A stretch of 64,000 nucleotides of DNA, from the NCBI RefSeq assembly GCF_041956535.1, contig NW_027192204.1, positions 133,069-197,068 on the forward strand, written 5' to 3'. Origin of the DNA: Calcarisporiella thermophila CBS 279.70. Taxonomy: Eukaryota > Fungi > Calcarisporiellomycota. A model generated the notes under the pieces. The model did no database searches. It saw nothing but the letters and a program-made list of their open reading frames with translations, and was not told where the DNA came from. How positions within the stretch are numbered: the stretch's first letter is position 1; every line of letters starts with the position of its first letter. This document shows positions 1 through 12,516 of this stretch, piece after piece. The position numbers and the translations under genes are program-made.

Positions 1-260
1 TATAAAGGTTGGGTGGATTTTATTACTCATCGGGAGGCTTTGCTGTGTAAAACTTTGACCAAAAATGCGCTCACAATTTAAGTCATGGATCCATTGAAGC
101 GAAATTTATTGATAATAATCGAAGAGTAAAAGGCCTTTCGGAATCATATATACACTAATACTCCTTCTCTGAATAACAAGACATGAAAAACTGCTTTTTT
201 CGTTTTCAAATAACTTGGTATATGGGACAAAAAAAAACTCATTCGTTAAAAATGTCTTAT

Positions 261-1528
261 CTACGGGGTCAACATCCCGTCTGGTATTTTGTTTTCATCG
301 TTTGCGTCCAGAAATTCTGGCAAAAGAACCCTTCGTTGTGGCGGCATAACATCCAAGTGCATAATGCGGCCCTCGCTTGGCGGGGTAGGCAAGCAATGCT
401 TTTGAGCGTATAGCTCGGAGTGTGTGGAGGAAATCGGTGAGAGCGTTAAAGTATTGCCCGCATCTGCCCACGCTTTAACGCGGATGCTTGCTTTATATCT
501 GGCCTCACACGCGTATTTGTCGTGTACGACACGCGACACACTCTGCAAGCAAAGCTCGTCCATTAGCTGTGCACATTGAAGGCAGGGATCTGCTGCTCTT
601 CTTGTCTACAAATGAAATATACCAACGTATCAAAGAGAGTCATCCTCCCGAGCTCAAGGAAAACGGGGTTTACCGGCTGGGATAGGTTCAGTATCCTCTT
701 TGCAAAATATAAAGCCGCTTCGGCAATAATGGCCGGCCCATACTCGATGAATCTCTCATGAAAAAGTGTCAGCTCCATCAGGAACCTCGCTATCCACTCC
801 GCCCCATCACGAGCGCACTCTTTTCTTTTAATAATAATTCGGAGAAACTCCTCCGCGGTGGGATGTCCGATTCGCCATCCCAGAGTTTTTAGTAAATGTC
901 TCTCCATCTGTGCAAAATTGTTTGCATCATACTGTCTTGAGCACAAATCGGATAGTTTCTGCGGCGGAATGTGGGCAGAATCTGTATACTTTGCTGCCAC
1001 CCACAATGCAGTTAAGCCTAGCAGCTGGTAATATTGTAATTTAACAGTAACTTGTGACATATATCTGTCAACAAGGTTGAGCGCAAGATACAGGGTCTCT
1101 GGAGCCAAAGAGAGATGATTGTGCACTTGAATGAGATAATCGACCAAGAATGGACGCCTTTCCCACCGAACCTCTAACATTGAAATCAGAAAATACATTC
1201 ACATTTACCCCCATATTCACGAAGATAATAAGCAGTAATAGTATACCCGGCTGCATCTCCAACTTCAGGATGCTGGGAAGTGTCGATTTCTATACACAAA
1301 AAACGATTAATTTTCCATCTCTTTCGATGCATTTACAATTAAACAAAATTGAACGGAATTTTTGTTCCCCTAATTTACCTCCTGGTGCTTCATTGCCTCC
1401 CACATCTCAATTAATTCTTCATCATTTTCTTGAGAGGGAACTAAGGTAAGGGTTCGTAGAACACGTTTGAGATTTTTGATTTTGAAAGGAAGGGTCTTGG
1501 AGCGCTTAAAACCTGGACGCGTGCTCAT
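261..1528 (-). CDS. Cyclin (G1/Puc1-CLN-like), 4 exons
   Basis: Cyclin box RPFLVDYLIQVH..LAPETLYLALNLVDRY..LWVAAKY. ORFs 563-1198 and 261-563 join through a GTAAAC..TAG intron. Two upstream exons start at ATG 1528 (MSTRPGF..; KSTLPSILKLEMQP). Confidence 0.85.
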
Positions 1529-2661
1529 GATGTACTCCCTTCTAGGGGTAATTTGGGCACAGAATTAATGAATGTGCTTGTAAGCAGAGTAAAAAGACAC
1601 TAATAAATTGAATAACCTATACACCAATTAAATGTTCTTAATATATATAGCAAACTTATATAAATGTTATCATATAATTTATATTAAAAAGAAAGAAAAT
1701 GAAAAAAATAAAGAAAAAAAAAAATAGAGACAAGGGGAAACACAACACCCGTTTGCCAACTCGGCCAATTTATTATGAGAAAAAAAAAAATATACAATTA
1801 CTAGGGCTCAGCCGCAATCTATTCCGTGTTTTCAATAAAAAGAAAATGGAAGGGGGATGACGCATCCGTTACAGTATAATTAAAGTATAGTCAATAGATG
1901 TGTTCAGTGTCCACGACAATCTTGTGTATTCATTTTTGCTTTTAAAACGACGAAAATTTTTTTGGCTAACCTTTTTTTTTGTAATGAAGGAATACCGAAT
2001 TCAACCTCTATATACATTAATGTCAAAATTTGTTAATGAGATCAAAAATACGTGCAAAACGCGTAATAATCCTGGCTTAGATAAAATATCTAAGCACTCC
2101 TTGTTCCAGAATATATCAGACTATACATACACAGTACAATTTAGCAGCTAAAGTTCATCTTTTGTTTACATCCACGCAGGTATCCTATTGGATCTTCGTG
2201 GGTGTTTAGATAGAATCTATGTAACATGACATATCCATAGTCTTTTTTTTATTGACTATTATAAATGTATATTGGGCGTAAATAACATTCCTTTTCCGAT
2301 GTGGACTGCTCTCGTTATACATGTTAATTTCTATGCTTAATAGAATATTTCAGAAAATGACCACCTACCATATATAATATATTGAATTTATGCCATATAT
2401 GGTAATCACAATATAACTTGACCAATCAATTAGTGTCTAGGTTCTAGTCGAGAATTACAAAGATAACACAACTAAAGGATGGGTAAAGAATTAAACAATA
2501 GCTATTACAACACACTCGCGTGTGAAGATGATGCACTGGTCACATTAACATTATCATGAAATGAAGACGGGACTATGTAAGGAAGAGCTTGCACATGAAA
2601 TTTCGTAAGATTGACGATAGAGTCTTCTTGACTAAGAGCTTTACTATTAACCGCTCTAGCC

Positions 2662-3712
2662 TTATTCTTTGCCCATTTCACATATTAATTCGAATTCTTC
2701 TTGTCTAACCGGCTGCACGGAGAGTCTGCCTCGCTTCACCAATGCCATTTCCCGCAGTTCCTCGCATTTCTGCAATTCTTTGAGTGGAATGAATCGCTGG
2801 AACTTGCTTTTAAATTTCACGTCGACAGTGTACCAGCGAGGAGAAGCGGGATCTGATTTGGGATCATAATAGGGGTGATTTGGATCAAAGGCTGACTCTA
2901 TATCAGAGGTGGTGAGAAAAGAAGTCTTAGTATCTTGGTGAACAAACGATATGTTCTTAAGTAATAACCATCTGGATAGGACCCCTTGACGACCTAAAAT
3001 GAAGCGAATCTCTTTTAATGGCTCCGATTTAGACTTATTCCTCAACTAACTATCTGCTACCTCAGCCAATCCTGCTACCCCGGGTGTTTTACAGTTTGAA
3101 TGGTAGAACAGCACCTTGTCTCCAACCTTCATCTGATCCCGCATAATATTTCTAGCCTCGTAGTTCCGGACACCATCCCAAGTTGATGTTCTAGTTCAAT
3201 ATGATATAATCTGTTAATAGCCGTAGAATGAAATGTCTAGTACATTAATGTTTTGAACATGCATCTTACCCATCAGGCATATTTGCAAGATCATCTATGC
3301 TAAAATTTAGAGATATTTCAAATGAGAAAAGAAATATTTCATATAAGAAATGAATATAGAATCAGACTAACTACCTGAATTTAACATCTTTTCCCTTAAC
3401 AATTCTGCTCTCCGGCTCAGCTTTCATCAACCAGAACCTCACATCAGTTCTCTCCTAGAAAAGAGTTAGTAACTGCTGATTATATTTGTTCGGAGGAGAT
3501 AGAACACCTCTCTATTTGCCATAACTTTAGACTTTTTGAGCTTATTGAGTGACGCGTTTTTATTGGAGGCAGCATCTTCAGTATCGGTCGATTTCCGTTT
3601 CTGATGTGAATGGGAAGAAAATTTAAATGTGAGAAAACAAAAAGAATGAACGCCGAAAAAACACCTTCGATTGTGGTGCATTCCGTGGAATCGAACGTGT
3701 CCGGGGAGCCAT
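2662..3712 (-). CDS. EVE-domain protein (THYN1-like), multi-exon
   Basis: Exons encode [44 protein letters not shown] and RGRLSVQPV. Confidence 0.9.
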
Positions 3713-4016
3713 TTCCCAGGCTAAAACGCGTAAGTGGATTTGTTAAGGCGAAAAGTCAAAACACAGTAAATGATGGCAATTTCCGTGATGTAACTCTTAC
3801 GTATCGGTTATAATTAGTGCGCATGAAAATTTAAAAGAGTGACGTAAAGTTTCTGAAACCTATTCTGGCTTGGATTAATTCCGTTTTTAGTCGATTTCTC
3901 CAATATTAAAACCCTGTATTCCAACTTATTTTTTCTCATACATTTTTTCAGATTTCACATTTTCACATATTCACACGTATTCTCAGAATTTTAATGATTC
4001 TTGAGAAAAAATTAAA

Positions 4017-5150
4017 ATGTCAATTGCATTCGAACAGCTGCAACGAGAGCAGCGCCAACCGTCACAGCAGCCACTATCCTTGGTGGACCCGCTGCTCTCC
4101 GCCATTTGGGTCAACGAATTCCAACCGTCGAAAATGAAGCACAAGATTTCGCTCGAAAAGTTGACAGGAAACCTTCTCGCCTCCGCGGCGAATTCTCTGT
4201 CTTGTCACCTCGACATTCCTTTTGTCGATTCCGGTCCGCTCGAAAATGCTGGGGAGTCTACAGAAATGCTATTGAACCTTGTGCCTGATTTTGACGTGTC
4301 CTTTGTGTCGTCGTTATCGTCCTCTCCATTGAGTGAGGTAAATAATGACGTGTCGAGTCCCTCATCACCAATTATGCATATGGGGGGTGGAGAAAGATGG
4401 AATCTCGGTTATGAAGGCGTCACTATTGATCCAGCATTGATCGACCCCACTGGAATTACAATGGGTGATGTACTCGAGGGAGATCAGTTAAAAGAGGATA
4501 CGGGTCAACCTATGCCTTGCGAGGATGATTCGAAATTGAAGACTCAGTCACAGAAAAAGCGGCAGCAATCCGCGGAGGCTTTCAAGTTCGTGTTTTATCA
4601 TCCGAGCTCTCCTCACTCGGAGCAAGAGGAAGACGTTGAGATACAACGATCACGGCGAGAAAGTATTTGCTCGGAGCCGGCATTTACCCTTACTTCCCCT
4701 TCCATAGACTCCTCCTCTCCAACTGTGGAGAGCCCTGAGGATAAGTGTTCCCGTACTGGTGGCGCTCGCCGCCGTTCGGCACCTTCATCGTGTGGGAGGA
4801 TGTCTGACGAACCCATGCCGTGTCCGCACGAAGGGTGTGGGAAATCGTTCACCCGATATAATAGCTTGAAAGCGCACTTGCGTCTACATGCATCCTCACG
4901 TCCATTTGAATGCCCCATGTGTAAACGTTCGTTTGCACGAAAACATGACCTCCACAGACATATCCGCGTCCATACCGGTGCAAAGCCATACGAATGTCTT
5001 GCGTGCAAGAAGGGATTTGCACGGAGCGATGCTCTTCGCAGACATTGGAGAGTAGACTCGAGTTGCGGGAATCATCCAGCGGTGGCCAGCATCAAGGGAC
5101 GCCGTCGTCACTCAGTCCTCTCCAATAAAACTGCATCCTCCTCGGCCTAA
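4017..5150 (+). CDS. C2H2 zinc-finger transcription factor (3 fingers)
   Basis: CPHEGC..HLRLH, CPMC..HIRVH, TGAKPY linker, CLAC..HW. Confidence 0.9.
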   Translation: MSIAFEQLQREQRQPSQQPLSLVDPLLSAIWVNEFQPSKMKHKISLEKLTGNLLASAANSLSCHLDIPFVDSGPLENAGESTEMLLNLVPDFDVSFVSSLSSSPLSEVNNDVSSPSSPIMHMGGGERWNLGYEGVTIDPALIDPTGITMGDVLEGDQLKEDTGQPMPCEDDSKLKTQSQKKRQQSAEAFKFVFYHPSSPHSEQEEDVEIQRSRRESICSEPAFTLTSPSIDSSSPTVESPEDKCSRTGGARRRSAPSSCGRMSDEPMPCPHEGCGKSFTRYNSLKAHLRLHASSRPFECPMCKRSFARKHDLHRHIRVHTGAKPYECLACKKGFARSDALRRHWRVDSSCGNHPAVASIKGRRRHSVLSNKTASSSA

Positions 5151-5441
5151 AATTATCCCAGGAAACAAAAATGCTTGTAAAATTTTTAATACTCTCTTCT
5201 GTATATACTCGCTCAAAATTTCTTTCACATCCTTTCTCTCTATATATTTTTATATGATTTATTCAATGTAAATGGGCTTGAACTCGAAATCTTTTATTTT
5301 TTTTTATTTGTTTTGCAAAATGTCAACATTTTTATTCTTTCTATTTTTTTTCAGTTTATTTTACAGTTTTCCCTTTCCTAATTGATATGTAAATTAGCAC
5401 ACTAGGAAGTTAAGTGTGAAAAGTCAATAAAATCGATCGGA

Positions 5442-6354
5442 TCAGAAAATTTTTTCCTCGACGATCTCTCTTCTCTCATTCTGCACTAATCGCAGATGTC
5501 TCCCCCTGCTCTCGGTCTCGCTAAAGAAACCTCTCCTGAGCTGCGGAAGATACACTTCACAGACAACTAAAAATCGCCCGACAAACTCTCTCACTTGCTC
5601 CTCACTAAGCCCCGCACCTTTTTCACTCCACAGTGCATCCTCTTGTTGTTGCCTCCAGACGAAAGCATAAGCAATCTCAACTGGATCCATGTGTACAAAT
5701 GCATCAATCTCATGATACCACTGGGTATATGAAGCCAGGTTATCGTTTATCTCTTGTATACAGGCAAGGGAATATTTTAGGGCAAATGAGCTTGGAGGAA
5801 GAGAAGCAAGGCGAGAGGATAAAGACTCTTCGTCTAGGGAGCGGAATCCAAGCATCCAACCTTCAAATAGCACTACATCTACATTTGCAACACTATCCCT
5901 CCAACCAACCCGATCTCCCTTCCCGTCATGCACCGATTTGTCGTAGATTGGTACTTTTGCTATTTCTCCACTGCGAAGGGTTTGAAGTGTTCTAGTGCAA
6001 AGCTCGATATCATGAGTGCCTGGGAGTCCACGTTGTTGAAGCAAAGGATTTTTAGATGGATGGGTTACGAAATGAGAGTGTGGAAGATAGAAGTCATCGA
6101 TCGAGAGAGCTTCCACTCTTATGTCTTGTTCAGAGAGTGCAACGACGAGATTGCGTGTCAATGTAGTTTTTCCTATTGCAAGTGGTTAAGTACTTTTAGA
6201 AAGCAAAGCCTTTACAGAATTAAACTGTACCTGATCCTTGAACACCGCTAATTCCTACCACAATAGTTCCTAAATTTTCCCGTTTGCTGCGATTCAATTG
6301 TTCAAGGACAAATTCCAGTACGCGATCTTTCATTTTGACTCCACTGTTGGTCAT
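5442..6354 (-). CDS. P-loop kinase, Tda10/D-glycerate kinase-like
   Basis: GVQGSGKTT is split by an intron; SIDDFYL, RGLPGTHD, YDKS..GKGDR and FEGWMLGF motifs follow. Confidence 0.85.
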
Positions 6355-7072
6355 AATCAAAGCGGGTGCTTAAAGTTAGAGGGAAATTTACGCGCCACTC
6401 AATTTTTTATATAAATGGAGAGATGTAATTGTAATGTACTGTCATGCGAGTACAATGCTCTAAATACTAAGCCGAGATCAGACATCTGCACCTTAATGCT
6501 TCAATGACATTGGATGTATGCTTTCAAGCACATCTATCTTCTGTGCCACATTGTAGGGATATATACGTATGGCGCTGAGGCAGATTATATAACCAAGTGG
6601 CAGCTGTGCTATAATTCTTGCGTACGTCGCTCTTATCGATTGCAACTATGTGTTAGTACTTTATTTCTAGTGCCCATCGGGGATAGAGTGTAAATGCAGT
6701 TGGATAACTAATATAGCCAATTTCAATAAAGTATCTGATTCTCTTAATCTTGAAATAATCGTGCGGGCAACGATATTCAATGCTGTATAGGATGAGCATT
6801 AAGCATTAGGCAGTTTGAGCAATAATAATGATCAGTACTCAACATCCAATTATTAGAGATGTAAGATCAATGGCACTGATTAAAACCTAGGGCGGAATTC
6901 TGAATTGAACTCTTGGAAACTCTATTCATGCTTCTATTCATGGAGAGTAAAATCTAAGCCACCAATCTATCATATACGTGGCAGGACGCGAACACATGTC
7001 AAGATTGAAAATTGCGAGGTAGGACCCCAATTTTTCCGGTTCTTCTATCAACGATAATCTCAATATAAAATC

Positions 7073-7864
7073 ATGTCGGCTGAAACGGCAACTGTACATG
7101 CGGCTAAACCAATAATCCAACTTCCTGGCTTCCTACGCGATCCTGCCGTCGCTCTCATTACTGAGCCCTGCTATGTTTCATTAGTTGAGCGCTTAAATCT
7201 GCAAGATACCCCATGTCTCAAACTTGCAATCTCGAAAGGCCTTTCTGTCGGCATGGTGCTCGGAGGCGCTATTGTGAAAATTCCTCAGATAATAACCATC
7301 CTCCGGCATCGATCGGCTCAAGGTCTCTCTTTGCCAGCATACTATTTGGAAACGCTTGCGTGTGCTATCACCCTCTTCTATAATCTAAACGCTCGCCACC
7401 CTTTCACAACATTCGGAGAGGTGGCTTTCCTGACCGTGCAAAATGCCATTATCACGTTGATGATCCTATACTATTCCCAGAGGCGGGGACTCATTGCAGC
7501 AACTGTAGTGGGAATGTTAGCCATCGTGCAGGGCCTTAGAACAATGCCTTCTGCAGGACTTGCCTCATTCCAAGCGGCAACTATCCCTTTGAATCTCATG
7601 TCCCGAGTGCCGCAAATATATGCAAACTACCAGAATGGAAGCACTGGACACTTATCCGCCTTTGCTGTGTTCAACTATTTCTGTGGTAGCGTCGCGAGAG
7701 TGTTTACCACCGCCACCGAGCTGGATGATCCTCTACTCTTATTAGGTAATGCGCTTGCGGCGGTGTTTAATGGCATCATCGCCCTACAGATGATCTATTA
7801 CTGGAATACGCCAGTAAAGAAGGAGGAAGTCAGGGAGAAATTACAGAGGAAAAGAAGAGACTGA
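7073..7864 (+). CDS. MPDU1: Mannose-P-dolichol utilization defect 1 (PQ-loop) protein
   Basis: CLKLAISKGL..VKIPQI..SAQGLS; second PQ loop SRVPQI..NGSTGHLSAF. Confidence 0.9.
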   Translation: MSAETATVHAAKPIIQLPGFLRDPAVALITEPCYVSLVERLNLQDTPCLKLAISKGLSVGMVLGGAIVKIPQIITILRHRSAQGLSLPAYYLETLACAITLFYNLNARHPFTTFGEVAFLTVQNAIITLMILYYSQRRGLIAATVVGMLAIVQGLRTMPSAGLASFQAATIPLNLMSRVPQIYANYQNGSTGHLSAFAVFNYFCGSVARVFTTATELDDPLLLLGNALAAVFNGIIALQMIYYWNTPVKKEEVREKLQRKRRD

Positions 7865-8298
7865 GACTGTTAATGCTATCTTTTTTTTACGTTGCTTAAA
7901 AAAGCTCTTTTAATCATGAATAAAGCATTCTTTATAGATATACCTCCTAATTAGTTGAGGAAATTTGCATGTATTTCAAGTAGTGGTAAACGGTTGAACT
8001 CTAATCTATCAAACATGATAGATATTATGCCCGTTATCACAATAACCTCTTCTTTAATGTTATTCATATAATTTAAAATCCAAAATTATGATTTTTGGAT
8101 AGTAGTTTAAATATACACGCTCATCGGATACTATCTGAATGAATGATTTTTTCTTTACAACGAAGTTTGTGGCAAATAATTTGATAATAAATGAAAAATA
8201 AAATTCAAATGAAAGTAAAATAATTAATGTTCATAAACTCTGCGTATTTTCGTTTAGAGTACTCACGAAAATTAGATTATTCTCTGTATAAAGTCTCC

Positions 8299-8886
8299 TT
8301 ATCGTTTTGCAGCCACTTGTGAATTAGCAAGCTTGGCCTTACTATCAGCAGCGCCAGGTGCATCGGAGTTCTCTTCTCTTTTATTTTTCTGCGCAGCCAT
8401 GCGTGGTCGAATTCTCACCCATATGCAACTTGCGAATCCGGTTGCGTTCTGAACCCGAATCAAACAACTCCCACCGGGACCACTACACTGAACGTTAGGT
8501 GTAATAAGGCTCATTCTGTAGAACCCTCTTGCTCCGAGCCCTATAATTCCAGGGACTCCAGTTTGGATCCGCACTGGGTTCTGAGTAAAATATTGGCCTG
8601 TTCCCGTTGGGTCGACATAAGCTTGCATAGGGCCAGCTCCGTCTACGTTGGCGACCCGCCAGACGACATTCAAACCCTCGCCGACCATATAAATAGGGGG
8701 ATTTTGAGGATATGGAATTTTAACGCCCATGCCGCACGGTTGTCTAGTTGTGTATCGCCTGCAGTCCACCGTGCTCACGTAGTCTTTAATCTGAAAACCA
8801 ACCGGACTCGTGAGCTTTCCATGGCCTAGTGCCAGGCCAACGCTGGCAGCAAATAAGACGAGTTTAGAGAACGTGGTAAGGAGCAT
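8299..8886 (-). CDS. Secreted Egh16/GAS1-like (DUF3129, LPMO-like) protein
   Basis: Signal peptide followed by HGKLTSP; NVDGAGP..VDPTGTG; C-SG..G-CLIRVQN..F..C pattern. Confidence 0.7.
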   Translation of the reverse strand: MLLTTFSKLVLFAASVGLALGHGKLTSPVGFQIKDYVSTVDCRRYTTRQPCGMGVKIPYPQNPPIYMVGEGLNVVWRVANVDGAGPMQAYVDPTGTGQYFTQNPVRIQTGVPGIIGLGARGFYRMSLITPNVQCSGPGGSCLIRVQNATGFASCIWVRIRPRMAAQKNKREENSDAPGAADSKAKLANSQVAAKR

Positions 8887-9486
8887 TATTAGACTGATTT
8901 GATATAGAATAAAAATCAAGGAATAAAATTCAATTATGAGAACCCGCTATACTTGAGTGAGAAAAAGATGAAATATTGCCATCGGGGTCCGCACCCTTAG
9001 ATGAGACCATATTAGTGTGTGTAGTTACTGGCGATCCATCCCAAATTGACAACCTATTTAGTCATATTAGCATCAAAATTTGGGATTGGACATGGGTATA
9101 TCTCGTATAAAAAACTATAACGAGTATTTGTCTACTACCTGGGCGCAAGCTTTTTACTAACTTTAGGCCAACACGAGAAAAAAAAGTCAAAGTCTAGGTG
9201 TATTTAGGCGACTGGCTAACATAGATGTCAAGTCTACTATCGAACGATGGTTTAAGTTATTCGAATTGTACTTCCGTCACATCTCTTTGAAATTTAATTT
9301 GACAACTAGCTTTATTATTTGGAAGAGGAAATAAATCTCTTTAGAAGAATTGAATAAAAAAAATGCTATAAATACATTACAAGCTAATGGTTTTCCCTCA
9401 ATAGACTTTTAGAATAAAAACAGGTCAACATTTTCCATAATGTTAAAAAGTATATCTGCTTCTACATTGAAAAAAGGGGTCATCAA

Positions 9487-11801
9487 CTAATCATCTTCGT
9501 CGTCAATATCGTCAGCGCTTAACGCATCGTCGTCAGCAACTTTGCGCTCTAGCAAGGGTTTGATAAGCTTGTTGAAATAGGGATGCTCGCTATGAGGATT
9601 CTGCCGCTTCACGTGTGCAAAGTAGGCCTCATATATGTTGCCATCGTAGCGTCCGAGGGGCGAGTTGATTACATAGTCGGTATAGTTGAATGCATCGATC
9701 AAAGGAATGGCTTGGTCACGGACTGCTTGGCATTCAGTGGAGATCAGCTTGCGAATGTAGTCCATCTGTTCTGGGGTGAAGTACTGGTACTGCAGGAAGG
9801 CACCGGCATTCTCGTCAATGGCGTATAGGCCATAGAGTCTGCACAGATGCCCAAGAGCAGGTGCAAGTTCTGCGGGTGCATTGCGGATCCCATCACGGAA
9901 TTGCTTGAAGAGGTAGCCTTGAGTATGGATACGGGCAGCATAAAGACGTGCCTGGGAGCAATGCTCGTATGCTTCGTCCGAGGTCATATTCTGTTTAAGG
10001 GCCTCCTCAAAATCTTCTCCAGCTTTACGCACAACCTGTGCAGTAACAGTATCCCATGCATCTGCAATAATATCGAAGTTGGCCAAGTCCTCGTTCCGCT
10101 TAGCGGGGCAGCGCTTGCCGATCAGGGAGGAGAGATTGTTGAGATAGCCCACTGCAGTGGAGAATTTGTTGCCCTTGATGGCCTCTCGATAGCAGTTGAT
10201 AAGGAAGCGACCGAGCTGCAGGGTTAGAATGGTGTTGTCTCCTTCCCAAGTGCACTGAACGGCAAAGTCTTGGTACATGCTTGCAAACCCGGTGTAGGCC
10301 GAGTATCCATGGCCACCACATGCCTGACGGCATTGCTCAATCAGCGAGAGACAACTCCATGTGCAGAAAGCCTTAAGGCCGGCTGAGGCAGCGTGTGTTT
10401 CCTTTAGAAGCTTAATTGCGTCGTGCATCTGCGGGTCGTTCGGGTCGGATGTCTCCAGAATGTCGACCATCGAGTTGAACAGTTTAGTTAGCTCACGACC
10501 CGTGAAATGCATGGCATAAGTCAATGCCAATAGAGGCATCAAGCGGCGCTGGTGAATTGGGTAGTCAAGAAGACATGTTTCCAGTTCTCCCGGCTTGGAT
10601 GCAAATTGCCGACGAATCGCAGCATATCGAATAGCAATGGTCAGTGCTTTTTTCGACATGTTGCCACTGTCATTCACCATAGCAGTGCGTCCTTGCAAGA
10701 GCGCACCGTAAGCAAGCTGAGCAAGCGGCGGCTCAGTAACTTCGCCACCTCGAGACACTTTAGTATGTCTCATAAGCATGTTTGAACGCGGGATTCGCAC
10801 ATGCGTGAATTGGATCCATCCATTGTCAATGCCATCACGGCCCATCTTCTTGCCGATGTCACCGATATTAATTCCAGGTAAAAGCTGATAGGTCTTGGGG
10901 TCACGAAGCGGAACCACGAAGGATTTGGTACCATAGCGTTTGCCTTTCACGATAAGTTGTGCAAATACCACACTATAGAAGAGGGCAGATAAAGACAGAA
11001 GAATTAATGGGACACAATGAAAGAAACTGACAGAATCAAGGCCGGGATACATACGCATGAGTGGCACTGTGAGCAGCACCTCCAATCCACCATTTTGTGG
11101 CTGTGATGGTTGGGGTATGGATGATGAACTGATCCGATGCCTCATCGAATGTTGCCGTTGTTTCCAAGCCAGCCACATTGGAACCATGGCCAAGCTCAGT
11201 CATTGCAAAGCAACCAATCATCCCATTGAGCGCCATAGCACCCTTGGATATCCAGTGTGAAAACTGTGCGGGCGAAGCCGAGCCCCTCAGAGCACCGAAA
11301 AATAGACCGTAGTGGACCCCGAAACGTGTCCAGAAACCGGGGTCAATCACACTTACTAGTTCCATACGATGCTGGAAATTTTCGACACTTTCAATTGAAA
11401 GATAGTTCACCATGTTTCGGAATTTCTCCATAGTGCGCTCACGGATTTGATCCTTTGTGAGATCATACACATCATAGAGCCGGAAAATGGGATCACGCTC
11501 GAACTCGAGCATCATGCGCTCACGCATCTCAGTCATCTTCTTCCCTCCATCTAGGTAATATGTTAATTCACGAACGGGGAAGGATGCTTTTTGACGCTCT
11601 TTGGCCATCATCTCCATAGGGCTAGTCAGATAAAAACCACGATTTTGAAAAATACTCGTTTTAGCGAGAAAAAGTAAACAGGATAATAGACGTAGCATTC
11701 AATACATACTGGGGAGGTTTCGGCGGATCTGAGCTTAATGCATTGCACGGTTGTGCAGAAAGCTGATTCGAGATCAATTCTAGACGTTGCTGCGAAGACA
11801 T
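9487..11801 (-). CDS. POX1: Peroxisomal acyl-CoA oxidase, 3 exons
   Basis: GCFAMTELGHGSNV, KWWIGG, GIDNGWIQF, RQACGGHGY and TWEGDN. The first exon starts at ATG 11801. Confidence 0.95.
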
Positions 11802-12516
11802 GAGTCAGATAAGTTAGAGGGATGCGGGTCTATATCACGTCTATTGAAATGGAAACAACAAAAAGGGGAACCAAAGAAAGGAAATGGTAATTCGAGAGCT
11901 GGAAGAGCTAGAAGCGAACAGGAAAAGCGGCGAGGTTGGAGTGAAACCGCTTCGTTTATTTATTCGACTTGGGGGTGTGGTTGGAGTTTTTTCATATGCA
12001 AATGACCAATTTGCAATCACGTGTTATCGCGGGGGGATTCCAATGAGTTCATTTGATATTCTGCTGAAGCGACATCCCCATCTTTTGCTCAAAGTTAGCT
12101 ACTGTCAATTAAGCTAATTTAAATCTGACACATCGGATATTTGCACGTGAGAGTATTGCGGAAAACGGGTCAATCCAGACTTTTCGTTCTGCACCTTCGC
12201 ACGGCCAGACCGGCTGGTCCAGTGTTTGGGGTCAAGGTGCAAATCCCCGATCGACTTTAGGGTTAGGCATGGTGGAACAGCTAGTCTCTATTTTCATAAA
12301 TAAAATTAACAAAGACGAATGTCGGATGTGAATCGGAATTTGATCAGTGCAGTGGAACAAAAACAGAAAGCAAACTCTTGGTTAGAAAAAAGCTATATGA
12401 AGTATACACATGAAAATAGAACAGGACGATCGAAACAGAAGAATCCATCACCGAGGAAAAGCAATATAAATAAGGTATTCCGATGAGTAAAAAATTTGAG
12501 GGAAATGAAAGATAAC

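Noticed and set aside
12188-12258. Hairpin-rich segment with GGTGCAAATCCCC (tRNA T-loop or FMN-riboswitch-like)
   Set aside because: I could not build a cloverleaf or find the remaining riboswitch motifs.
12257-12267. TTAGGGTTAGG telomeric repeat
   Set aside because: Fewer than two full copies; not a telomere or interstitial array.
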